Of a stretch of 64,000 bases of DNA, positions 1 to 9,200 are shown piece by piece. The DNA comes from Longimicrobiales bacterium (GTDB lineage Bacteria; Gemmatimonadota; Gemmatimonadetes; Longimicrobiales; Gaopeijiaceae): positions 1,056,001 through 1,120,000 of the forward strand of contig OZ241892.1 in NCBI GenBank assembly GCA_965203485.1, written 5' to 3'. A program made the translations under genes and the position numbers. Position 1 is the stretch's first letter. Every line of letters starts with the position of its first letter. Below the pieces are notes generated by a model that saw nothing but the letters and a program-made list of their open reading frames with translations, was not told the origin of the DNA and made no database searches.

Positions 1-1143
1 TTCATGACCAAGCGCGGACGGGGGCTCGTGTGCGCCGCGCTCACCGCCGAGCGAGCGGACGCCTTGGACCTGCCGCTGATGACCGAGCGCGGCACCGATC
101 CGCGGGGCACGGCCTTCACGATATCCGTGGACGCCCACCGGCGGTTCGGAGTCACGACCGGCATATCGGCGCACGACCGGGCCAAGACGATCGAGGTCTT
201 GGCGGATCCGGGTTCGCGGCCCGCCGACTTGCAGCGTCCCGGCCACGTCTTTCCGCTTCGGGCCAAGCGCGGCGGCGTCCTGCGCCGCGTCGGACAGACC
301 GAAGCCGCCGTGGACCTGGCGCGGGCCGCGGGGTGCGCTCCCGCCGGCGTCATCTGCGAGATCCTGAACGAGGACGGCACGATGGCCCGGCGAGACGAGC
401 TGAGGTCGATGGCCGCGGAGCACGGACTCAAGCTGGTGACGGTGGAGCAGCTCGTGGCGCACCGCTTGGCCCGCGAGCGCCTCGTGAAGCGCGTCGTCGA
501 GGCGCCGCTGCGGACCCCGTGGGGAACCTTTCGCGCGCTCGCGTACCGCACCGACGTCGACGAGCGGGTCCACGTGGCTCTCGTCCTCGGCGCCGTGGAC
601 GGAAGGGACGGCGTCCTGGTGCGAATGCACGCGGAGAACCCATTGGGCGAGACGTTCGCCTCGCAGGACGAACCGGGCGGCAACCTGCTCGCGGGCGCGA
701 TGAAGCGGATCGCGGCCGAAGGTCGCGGGGTCGTCGTCTACATCCGCCGCCCCCGGTCCGGCGACTGGCTGGTGAACCGCCTCCGGGACTTGGCCGCGAG
801 CGTCCCTCCTCCCGGCCGCCGCTCCGCCGCCCTCCAGCCGGTCCCGCCGCCCGCGCCCCCCGTCCATCCCGGCTCCGGCGGCGAGTCCGCGCTGCGCGAC
901 TACGGGATCGGCGCCCAGATACTCCTGGACCTCGGCCTGGCTTCGATCCGGCTGCTCACCAACAGCCGCCGGCACATCGTGGGCCTGGACGGCTACGCGC
1001 TGGAAGTGCGGGGACGCGTGTCCTTCCAGGGAGCTCCCGCGGCGAGTCGCGCGCCTTCGGGCCTTGCGGACGAGGCTCCGCCGTCCCGCCGCCGGCCGCC
1101 GGCCGCGCCAGCCCAACGGAGCCGCCGTCCATGCCCGGCGTGA
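1..1143 (+). CDS. ribB: 3,4-dihydroxy-2-butanone-4-phosphate synthase fused to a degenerate GTP cyclohydrolase II-like domain (RibBA/RibBX type); 5'-truncated by the window edge
   Basis: DHBP synthase motifs TAFTISVDA, TTGISAHDRAKT, RPGHVFPL, VICEILNEDGTMARR; GCHII-like tail LRDYGIGAQILLDLG..IRLLTN; immediately upstream of ribH-nusB. Confidence 0.9.
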   Translation, partial: FMTKRGRGLVCAALTAERADALDLPLMTERGTDPRGTAFTISVDAHRRFGVTTGISAHDRAKTIEVLADPGSRPADLQRPGHVFPLRAKRGGVLRRVGQTEAAVDLARAAGCAPAGVICEILNEDGTMARRDELRSMAAEHGLKLVTVEQLVAHRLARERLVKRVVEAPLRTPWGTFRALAYRTDVDERVHVALVLGAVDGRDGVLVRMHAENPLGETFASQDEPGGNLLAGAMKRIAAEGRGVVVYIRRPRSGDWLVNRLRDLAASVPPPGRRSAALQPVPPPAPPVHPGSGGESALRDYGIGAQILLDLGLASIRLLTNSRRHIVGLDGYALEVRGRVSFQGAPAASRAPSGLADEAPPSRRRPPAAPAQRSRRPCPA

Positions 1144-1583
1144 ATCCCGTCCGCGAGCCCCGCGTCGCCCTGCTCGCGGCGCGCTTCAACAGCTTGGTGA
1201 CCGAGCAGCTCGTGCTCGGCGCGCGAGCCCGTCTTCTCGCCGAGGGCGTCGCCGAGGACCGCATCTCGGTCGTGCGCGTGCCGGGCGCCTGGGAGCTCCC
1301 GCAGGCCGCGCGGCGCTTGGTTCGGGCGGGGAAGCACGACGCCGTCGTGGCCCTCGGTTGCGTGATTCGGGGCGCCACGGCCCACTTCGACTACGTGGCG
1401 GGCCATGCCAGCGACGGACTCGGGCGGGTGGCGCTGGACGCCGACGTTCCCGTCGTGTTCGGCGTGCTCACCACCGAGAACGCCCAGCAGGCGCGCGAGC
1501 GGGCCGACCCCCACGGCGCCGACAAGGGCGGCGAGGCGGCGAAAGCCGCGCTCGACATGCTGGCCGTCTTCGGAGGCCGCTGA
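1131..1583 (+). CDS. ribH: 6,7-dimethyl-8-ribityllumazine synthase (start ATG 1131 or GTG 1140)
   Basis: ARFNSLVTEQL, VRVPGAWELP, ALGCVIRGATAHFDYV, PVVFGVLTTEN, KGGEAA in the C-terminal part of ORF 30..1583. Confidence 0.95.
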   Translation: MPGVNPVREPRVALLAARFNSLVTEQLVLGARARLLAEGVAEDRISVVRVPGAWELPQAARRLVRAGKHDAVVALGCVIRGATAHFDYVAGHASDGLGRVALDADVPVVFGVLTTENAQQARERADPHGADKGGEAAKAALDMLAVFGGR

Positions 1584-1586
1584 CCG

Positions 1587-2030
1587 GTGGCCGGCCGCCT
1601 CCCGGAGCGCGAGCGGCGCGACCGGGTCCAGTCCCGGGCCTGGTTCCTGCAAGTCCACTATCGCTGGGAGACGGACGGCGGACAGGGAGACATGGATGCC
1701 GCCCTCGAAGAGACGCTGGCGCGCCGCCGGGTGTCGCCCGCCCGCACGGCCTACCTGCGACGCTTGGTCCGCGAATTCGGGGCCAACCGGGCCCGCGTCG
1801 ACCGGGCGATCGACGAGACCACCGACAACTGGCGCATCGACCGCCTCGCCGTCATGGACCGCGGCGTCCTTCGCCTGGGTGCGACCGAGCTGCTCTGCAT
1901 GAGCGACGTTCCGGGGAAAGTGGCGGTCTTGGAGTCGGTGCGCCTGGCCGAGCGCTACGGCGGCGCCGAGTCCCCGCGCTTCGTCAACGGCGTGCTGGAC
2001 GCCGTGTACCGTTCGGCGCGAGGCCGGTGA
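1587..2030 (+). CDS. nusB: transcription antitermination factor NusB
   Basis: NWRIDRLAVMDRGVLRLG, VPGKVAVLESVRLAERYGGAESPRFVNGVLD; canonical ribH-nusB order. Confidence 0.93.
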   Translation: MAGRLPERERRDRVQSRAWFLQVHYRWETDGGQGDMDAALEETLARRRVSPARTAYLRRLVREFGANRARVDRAIDETTDNWRIDRLAVMDRGVLRLGATELLCMSDVPGKVAVLESVRLAERYGGAESPRFVNGVLDAVYRSARGR

Positions 2031-3271
2031 GCCCGCCACCGCCAAGCGGCCGAGCCCCCGGCCCGGCGGCCGTCGCGCCGCCACCGGCATCCGCCCGCCG
2101 CTTGCGCATCCTCGTGGTCAACTGGCAGGACCGCATGAACCCGAGGGCAGGCGGCGCCGAGGAGCATCTCCACCAGGTCTTCGGACGACTGGCGGCCGCC
2201 GGGCACGAAGTCGTCGTGCTGTGCTCGAACTGGCCGGGCGGGGAGCCGGCGGCCGAAGTGGACGGCATGCGGGTGCACCGGGTCGGCGGGCGCTACACGT
2301 TCAACTTCGCGGCTCCCGCGTACGCCCGCAGGCGCCTGCGCCGCGCCTTCGACGTCGTCGTCGAGGATCTCAACAAGGTGCCGATGTTCGCTCCCCAGTG
2401 GGCGCGGGCGTCGCGCAGCGTCCTGCTCGTCCACCACCTCTTCGGCCCCACTGCGTTTCGCGAGGTCAATCCGTTCCTCGCCGCCGCGACTTGGCTGTTC
2501 GAGCGCGCGATTCCATGGGCGTACCGCAGGTTGCCGTGCATCGCCGTCTCGGAGAGCACGAAGCAGGACTTGGTCCGCCGCGGGCTGGCCGCGTCGCGCA
2601 TCGAGGTGGTGCCGAACGGAGTGACCCTGGCCGAGCTCTGGCCTGCCCGGGAGCGCTACCCGGAGCCGACCGCCGTGTTCCTGGGCCGCCTTCAGCGCTA
2701 CAAGGGCGTGGACTTGGTTCTCCGCGCCGTGGCGGCGCTTCGGGCGCGCGGGTCGGGGCTTCGCTTGATCGTGGCCGGCCGTGGCCGCGACAGGAAGCGC
2801 CTGGAATCGGTCGCCCGCCAGCTGGGCATCGCGGACAGCGTGCGCTTCGCCGGCTTCGTGGGCGCCCCGGAGAAGCGCGAACTGCTCTCGCGCTCGTGGG
2901 TCCACGTCCTCACGTCTCCGAAGGAGGGCTGGGGCATCTCGTCGATCGAAGCGTCGGCTTGCGGCACGGCCACGGTCGCGTCCAACTCGCCGGGGTTGCG
3001 CGACACGGTGCGGCACGGCGAGACCGGCATCCTCGTGCCCCACGGCGAAATCGACGCGCTGGCCGGCGCGATCGCCGAGACGCTGGACCCGGAGCGCAGG
3101 GACGCCATGGGCCGGGCCGCCAGACGGATGGCCGAGCAGTACACTTGGGACGGCGCCGCGGCCGCCTTCGAGAGGATGTTCATGCCGCCGCCGGACGCCG
3201 ACGCGGCGCCGACCGTCCCGCCCGGGGAAGACGCGGCCGCCGCCGGACGCTCCGCCTCGCGCCGGCCGTAG
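2027..3271 (+). CDS. glycosyltransferase family 4 (GT-B)
   Basis: RILVVNWQD..NPRAGGAE, AVSESTK, FLGRLQRYKG, EGWGISSIEASACG..GETGILVP; GTGA overlap with the nusB stop. Confidence 0.88.
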   Translation: MSPPPPSGRAPGPAAVAPPPASARRLRILVVNWQDRMNPRAGGAEEHLHQVFGRLAAAGHEVVVLCSNWPGGEPAAEVDGMRVHRVGGRYTFNFAAPAYARRRLRRAFDVVVEDLNKVPMFAPQWARASRSVLLVHHLFGPTAFREVNPFLAAATWLFERAIPWAYRRLPCIAVSESTKQDLVRRGLAASRIEVVPNGVTLAELWPARERYPEPTAVFLGRLQRYKGVDLVLRAVAALRARGSGLRLIVAGRGRDRKRLESVARQLGIADSVRFAGFVGAPEKRELLSRSWVHVLTSPKEGWGISSIEASACGTATVASNSPGLRDTVRHGETGILVPHGEIDALAGAIAETLDPERRDAMGRAARRMAEQYTWDGAAAAFERMFMPPPDADAAPTVPPGEDAAAAGRSASRRP

Positions 3272-3314
3272 CGCCGGCCTCCGCATCCCCCAGCCACGGG
3301 AGACGACCTCGCAG

Positions 3315-3632
3315 ATGCACGCACAGACGACGGGCCAGGGGTGCGAAGTGCCCGCCGCGGACCGCAACCGCGCCGACGCGATCGCCGCCAAGTGGCCGCG
3401 CTTCGATCCGGCCGTGGCCAGCGCGCGCTTTATCTTTCGCATGGAAGGCCGCACTCGCGCAGTCGAAGCGATCGTCCAGCGCCGCCGCCTCGAGCCCGTC
3501 GTCGCCCACGCCCAGGCGCCGGACTTTCGCAGCGCCTTGGACGAACTCGACGAGCGCATGAAGCGCATCCTCAAGAAAGATCGCGAGCGCCGCAAGGCGC
3601 ACCACCGCCTCGACCCAGGCCCCGGCCGCTGA
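3315..3632 (+). CDS. ribosome hibernation factor HPF/RaiA (S30AE)-like protein
   Basis: ~105 aa with a pattern resembling S30AE: MHAQTTGQGCEVP..., AHAQAPDFRSALDELDERMKRILKKDRERRK. Confidence 0.65.
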   Translation: MHAQTTGQGCEVPAADRNRADAIAAKWPRFDPAVASARFIFRMEGRTRAVEAIVQRRRLEPVVAHAQAPDFRSALDELDERMKRILKKDRERRKAHHRLDPGPGR

Positions 3633-3643
3633 AGGGGGACCCC

Positions 3644-5245
3644 ATGACGACGCGCTCCCCCGCGACGAAGCAGGAGATTCTCGGCCCGCTCGGCATCGAA
3701 GACGTGAACCCGGGCGGCTTCGCCGGCGACTGGATGGGCTCCGGCGCCGAGGCGCCCGTGCATTCGCCGGTCGACGGCTCCCGCATCGCGACCGTCGTGC
3801 AAGTCGCCGAGGACGAGTACGACGCGATCGCCGGCCGCGCGCACCGGGCGTTTCTCGAGTGGCGGCGCGCGCCCGCGCCCCGGCGCGGGGAGGTCGTGCG
3901 GCGGCTGGGCGAGCGGTTGCGCGCCAACAAGGAGGCGCTGGGCGCCCTGGTGACGCTGGAGATGGGCAAGATCAGGACCGAAGGCGAAGGCGAAGTGCAG
4001 GAGATGATCGACGTCTGCGACTTCGCGACGGGGCTTTCCCGCCAGCTCTACGGGCTGACGATGGCCAGCGAGCGGCCCGACCACCACATGCGCGAGCAGT
4101 GGCATCCGCTGGGCGTGGTCGGCGTGGTGAGCGCCTTCAATTTCCCCGTCGCCGTGTGGTCGTGGAACGCCGCCGTGGCGGCCGTGTGCGGCGACGCGAT
4201 CCTGTGGAAGCCCGCGTCGGGCACGCCGCTGACCGCGATCGCCGTGACGAAGATGACCGAGGCGGTCTGCCGCGAGTCCGGAGTCGACCCCGCGGTCTTC
4301 AGCTTGGTGGCGGGCAAGGGCTCGGTGGTCGGCGACAGGATGCTGCGCGACCGCCGCGTTCCCCTCGTGTCGGCCACGGGATCGTGCGCGGTGGGCCGCC
4401 GCGTGGCGCAGGTCGTCGGCGAACGCCTGGGCCGGACGATCCTCGAGCTCGGAGGCAACAACGCGATCGTCGTGACGCCGCACGCCAACCTCGACCTGGC
4501 CGTCCGTTCCATCGTCTTCGGCGCGGTGGGCACGGCGGGCCAGCGTTGCACCAGCACGCGCCGGGTCATCGTCCACCGTTCTCTCGCAGGCGAACTCGCC
4601 GACCGCTTGGTTCGCGCTTACCGCAACGTTCGCATCGGCAACCCGTTGGACGACGGCGTGCTCATGGGCCCGGTCGTGAACCAGCAGGCCGTGGACGACT
4701 TGCTGGCCGCGCGGCGACGCGTGGTCGAGGAAGGCGGCGAGGTTCTCTACGGCGGCGAGCGGCTCGACGGTCCGGCCTTCCCCGGCGGCCTGTACGTGAC
4801 GCCGTGCATCGCGGCGGCCGAGAACCACTACCGCATCGTGCAGGAAGAGACCTTCGCGCCCATCCTCTACCTGATCCCCTACGGCGACCCCGCCACCTCG
4901 CGGCCGGACTCGGTCGGGGAGCTGGACGAAGCCGTCGATCTCCACAACGCCGTCCCCCAAGGGCTCTCGTCGGCGATCTTCACGGACCACTTGCGCGAAG
5001 CCGAGCGCTTCCTGTCCCACCGGGGCAGCGACTGCGGCATCGCCAACGTCAACATCGGCACTTCCGGCGCCGAGATCGGGGGCGCGTTCGGCGGCGAGAA
5101 GGAGACCGGCGGCGGCCGCGAATCCGGCTCCGACTCCTGGAAGGCGTACATGCGCCGCCAAACCAACACCGTCAACTGGAGCACCGACCTCCCGCTGGCC
5201 CAGGGCGTCGAGTTCGCGGACCCCGAACACGGGCGGACCGGTTAG
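3644..5245 (+). CDS. aldehyde dehydrogenase family 7 (antiquitin / piperideine-6-carboxylate dehydrogenase-like)
   Basis: GEVQEMIDVCDFATGLSRQLYG, SAFNFPVAVWSWN, ILELGGNNA, GTAGQRCT, EETFAPILY, GAEIGGAFGGEKETGGGRESGSD. Confidence 0.92.
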   Translation: MTTRSPATKQEILGPLGIEDVNPGGFAGDWMGSGAEAPVHSPVDGSRIATVVQVAEDEYDAIAGRAHRAFLEWRRAPAPRRGEVVRRLGERLRANKEALGALVTLEMGKIRTEGEGEVQEMIDVCDFATGLSRQLYGLTMASERPDHHMREQWHPLGVVGVVSAFNFPVAVWSWNAAVAAVCGDAILWKPASGTPLTAIAVTKMTEAVCRESGVDPAVFSLVAGKGSVVGDRMLRDRRVPLVSATGSCAVGRRVAQVVGERLGRTILELGGNNAIVVTPHANLDLAVRSIVFGAVGTAGQRCTSTRRVIVHRSLAGELADRLVRAYRNVRIGNPLDDGVLMGPVVNQQAVDDLLAARRRVVEEGGEVLYGGERLDGPAFPGGLYVTPCIAAAENHYRIVQEETFAPILYLIPYGDPATSRPDSVGELDEAVDLHNAVPQGLSSAIFTDHLREAERFLSHRGSDCGIANVNIGTSGAEIGGAFGGEKETGGGRESGSDSWKAYMRRQTNTVNWSTDLPLAQGVEFADPEHGRTG

Positions 5246-5287
5246 CGAGCGTGCCGACGGGTGGCGGCGACGGGGAAAACCGGGGGA

Positions 5288-5316
5288 TTGACCTATGCCG
5301 CGCGGCGAACCAACTT
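5288..5316 (+). promoter_or_regulatory. candidate sigma70-type promoter for rplU-rpmA
   Basis: TTGACC-N17-CAACTT about 115 bp upstream of rplU; weak -10 match. Confidence 0.35.
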
Positions 5317-5431
5317 TGTCGGGGAATCGACTCATGCCGCAGCTCGAGCCGGGCCCGTGGTTGCGCGCCGGTGCGGCGTCGCACCGTGGCGGTGGACGAT
5401 CAGACTCGCCGAGAGGATGGGATCTTCGACG

Positions 5432-5743
5432 ATGTTCGCAGTCTTCAGGACGGGCGGGAAGCAGTTTCGGGCGGAGCGGGGGACGACGCTCCGCGTGCCG
5501 TCGTTGGACGCGACGCCCGGTTCGACGGTGACGTTCGAGGACGTGCTGTTGGCGTCGGGAGACGGCCGGGTGTCCGTGGGCGCTCCGCTGGTGGAAGGGG
5601 CCGCCGTGAGGGCCGAGGTGCTGGCGCACGACCGGACGAAGAAGACCGTCGTCTTCAAGCGCAAGCGGCGCAAGGGTTGCCGGCGCAAGCGCGGGCACAG
5701 GCAAGGCTTCACCTTGGTTCGCGTTTCCGACATCGCGGTCTGA
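5432..5743 (+). CDS. rplU: 50S ribosomal protein L21
   Basis: [43 protein letters not shown]. Confidence 0.96.
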   Translation: MFAVFRTGGKQFRAERGTTLRVPSLDATPGSTVTFEDVLLASGDGRVSVGAPLVEGAAVRAEVLAHDRTKKTVVFKRKRRKGCRRKRGHRQGFTLVRVSDIAV

Positions 5744-5753
5744 AGGAGGCGAG

Positions 5754-6047
5754 ATGGCGCACAAGAAGGGCGTCGGGTCGTCCAGGAACGGCCGGGACAG
5801 CAACCCGAAGCGGCTGGGCGTCAAGCGCTATGGCGGCCAGCGCGTGGTTGCCGGCAACATCCTGGTCCGCCAGCGCGGCACGAAGTTCCACCCTGGAGCC
5901 GGCGTAGGGAAAGGCAAGGACGACACGCTTTTTGCCACGATCGACGGCCTCGTCAAGTTCGAGAACCTGCGTCGCCGCCGCGTGGTATCCGTGTACGCGG
6001 AGACCCGCCCTGCAGGCGAGGCGCTGGGTCTCCCAGCCGACGTATGA
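5754..6047 (+). CDS. rpmA: 50S ribosomal protein L27
   Basis: [45 protein letters not shown]. Confidence 0.98.
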   Translation: MAHKKGVGSSRNGRDSNPKRLGVKRYGGQRVVAGNILVRQRGTKFHPGAGVGKGKDDTLFATIDGLVKFENLRRRRVVSVYAETRPAGEALGLPADV

Positions 6048-6049
6048 TT

Positions 6050-6071
6050 CCCCCCCCCCCCCCCTTTTTTT
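6050..6071. repeat. homopolymer tract C15 followed by T7
   Basis: 15 consecutive C (6050-6064) then 7 T (6065-6071), 2 bp after the rpmA stop and ~210 bp before the giant surface-protein start. Confidence 0.9.
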
Positions 6072-6280
6072 CGTTTGACCACCGGCTCCCACCCGATGGG
6101 AGGCAGGAAGGGCCGCGCGGCCAAACGCTCGCCCTTCCGGGCGCCCACGGCGTCAGCTTCCCGCCAAGTCGCTTCACGTCTGCGTAGCGCGCGCAGGATT
6201 CCGTGGCGGCGGGCGCTCGCCGTCGTGGGACGAGCCATGCCCGAACCGCCTCGGCGTTCGAGACATTTCTGGCCCACGCG

Positions 6281-9200
6281 ATGCCGGTAGCCAGAACCGC
6301 GCTCGCGGCGCTCGGCCTGCTGGCGGCGGTTGGGACTACGGCGCCGTCGTCGCTGAGCGCGCAAACAGTAACGGTGGACAGTTTGAGGATGGCCAGCTCG
6401 GCGGGTAATGACAGCACGTACGCGCGGGGCGACACCATAGACGTGAGGGTGTACTTCAGCAGCAACACAGACGTCAACAGCCTCCCGGCGCGGCTTTACC
6501 TGGAGATCGGGACGGAGACCCGGACAGCCACTTGGACCGGCCCCTCGAATCCCTGCGATTGCGGGTCCGGCGGGGCTACTTGGTTCGGGTTTCTGTACGT
6601 TGTGCAGGCGGGGGACTACGACGCGAACGGGATCACTACCACGTCGTTGTCGAATCGGGACATAACCGCTGCAAACGGCAGCTCAATCAGCAACACGGCC
6701 TTGACCGGCATCGCAATCACGAACGCGGCGGCCCACAAGGTGGACGGCGCGCTGGGGTATCCGAAGGTGACGGGGGTGACGATATCCAGCAGCGCGGGCG
6801 CCGACAACACGTACAATGTTGACGACACGATAGCGGTGACGGTGGCGTTCGACTCGACCGTGGCGGTGACGGGCACGCCGCAGCTGGCGCTGGGGATCGG
6901 GAGCGCGACGAAGCAGGCGAACTACGCGAGCGGGACGAGCACGGCGTCGCTGGTGTTCCGGTACGTGGTGGTGGCGGGGGACTTGGACACGGACGGGATC
7001 AGCATCGGCGCGAGCGCGCTGTCGCTGAACGGCGGCACGATCAGGCTCGGCACGAAGGACGCGGTCCTCCAGAGCCTGAGCAGCCACGCGATCACGAACG
7101 CCGCGGCGCACAAGGTGGACACCCCGCCGGGGGTGACGGACGTCGTGTTCCCGAACTCTCCGGCAGAGGGGGATTCGCTTTGGCGCAGGCTCGAACATAT
7201 GCGAGTTTCGGTCCATTTCAGCAAGTTGGTTTGGGTGACGGGCTCGCCGCGGCTGGCCCTGACGATCGGCGCGAACACCCGGCAGGCGAGCTACGAGTTG
7301 GGCAGCGGATCGGATTCGCTGGTGTTCCGCTACCGGATCGAGGACACGGACGAGGACACGGACGGCGTGAGCATTGGGGCGAGCGCGCTGACGCTGAACA
7401 GCGGGACGATCAAGGCCTCGAGCGACTCGACGGACGCCGCCTTGTCGCTTGGCTCGCACGCCGTCAGCAACGCCGCGGCCCACAAGGTGGACGGCATCAC
7501 GCGCTTCGCTGGCCCAGTGTCTTTTGAGGACAACCCGGGTGCTGATTCGACGTTCGGCTTCGGCGACCGAATCAGGATAGTGATCTACTTCAACAACTTG
7601 ATCAACCCGCCTGGGGGAGGTTCTGTAACGCTTAACGTCCAGATCGGCACGAGGACGGTACCCTTCGCTTATACTGGCGTCGGCCCGAATCTTCTGTCGT
7701 TCACGCACTACGTTACGACCGACGACATCGACGCGGATGGCCTAAGCCTTCCCGAGAACGCGTTGAGCGGCAGCGTAAGTGGTGGGGGCAGGGCTGCGTT
7801 CACCGGGCTTCGTGGGCGTGCCATCACGAACGACCCCACCTTGAAGGTCAATGGCCTGCTGGGCTTGCCGGACGTTCAGCGGGCGTCGATCACCAGCAAC
7901 GCGGGCACGGACAGCACGTACGTGCGGGGCGACGTGATCGAGATCGGGGTGGTCTTCGACGAGAACGTGACGGTGACGGGCACGCCGTCGCTGGCGTTGA
8001 CGATCGGCGCGAACACGCGGCAGGCGAGATACATCTCCGGCAGCGGGGGGGATTCGCTGACGTTCCGCTACGCCACGCGGACGACGGACGCGGACGCCAA
8101 CGGGATCAGCTATTCGGCGAACGCGCTGGCTCTGAACGGGGGGACGATCAAGGGGCGGGTCGTGTATGGGGACAGCACGCGAAACGCGCACCTGGACTTG
8201 AAGACCCACGTCGTCGCCAACGGGGCGGCGCACAAGGTGGACGGTTCGCAGGGGCCGCCGGTGGTGGCGGGCGTGGCGATCGCGAGCGACGCGGGGGCGG
8301 ACAACGCCTACGTGGTGGATGACACGATCGAGGTCGGCGTGGTGTTCGTCGAGAACGTGGACGTGACGGGCACGCCGCAGCTGGCGCTGACGATCGGTTC
8401 GCGGACGGGACAGGCGAGCTACGCGTCGGGGACGGGCGGCGATTCGCTGACGTTCCGCTACGTGGCGGTGGCGGGAGACGTCGACACGGACGGGCTGAGC
8501 ATTGGCGAGAGCGCGCTGACGCTGAACGGCGGGACGATCAGGCGGGCGGGCAGCGCGACGGTGGACGCGAACTTGGGGTTGAGCATCTACGCAGTGACGA
8601 ACGCGGCGGCGCACAAGGTGTTGGCCGTGCAGGGGTTGCCGCACGTGACGGGCACGGCGATCGCGAGCGATCCGGGCACGGACAGCATCTACGCGGCGGG
8701 CGACACGATCGAGGTAGCCGTGGTGTTCAACGAGAACGTGAACGTGACGGGGACGCCGCAGGTGGCGTTGGAGATCGGCGCGGCGACGCGGCAGGCGAAC
8801 TACGTTTTGGGTACGGGCGGGGATTCGCTGACGTTCCGCTACGTCACGGTGGCGGCGGACACGGACACGACCGGGATCAGCTATTCGGCGGACGCGCTGA
8901 CGCTGAACGGCGGGACGATCAGGCGGGTGGCCACGACGCTGGACGCGGTCGTCAGCTTGCTGACCCACGTGATCACGAACGCTGCGGCGCACAAGGTGCT
9001 TCCCACGAGCAACAAGGTGACAGGGTTGTCGGTCAACTCGGCGGGCACGGACTCGACGTTCGTCAGAGGCGACACGATGAAGGTGACGCTGGCTTTCAGG
9101 GAGACGACGGTCGTGACGGGCACGCCGCGGATCAGGATGTGGCTTGGGGCGGTGAGCCGGTGGGCGACCTACCACTCTGGGTCGGGCACGAGCGAGTTGG

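Noticed and set aside
1955..5824. 1,289 aa minus-strand ORF, and similar long antisense ORFs at 28738-32118 and 46853-49582
   Set aside because: Antisense shadows of well-supported genes in high-GC DNA
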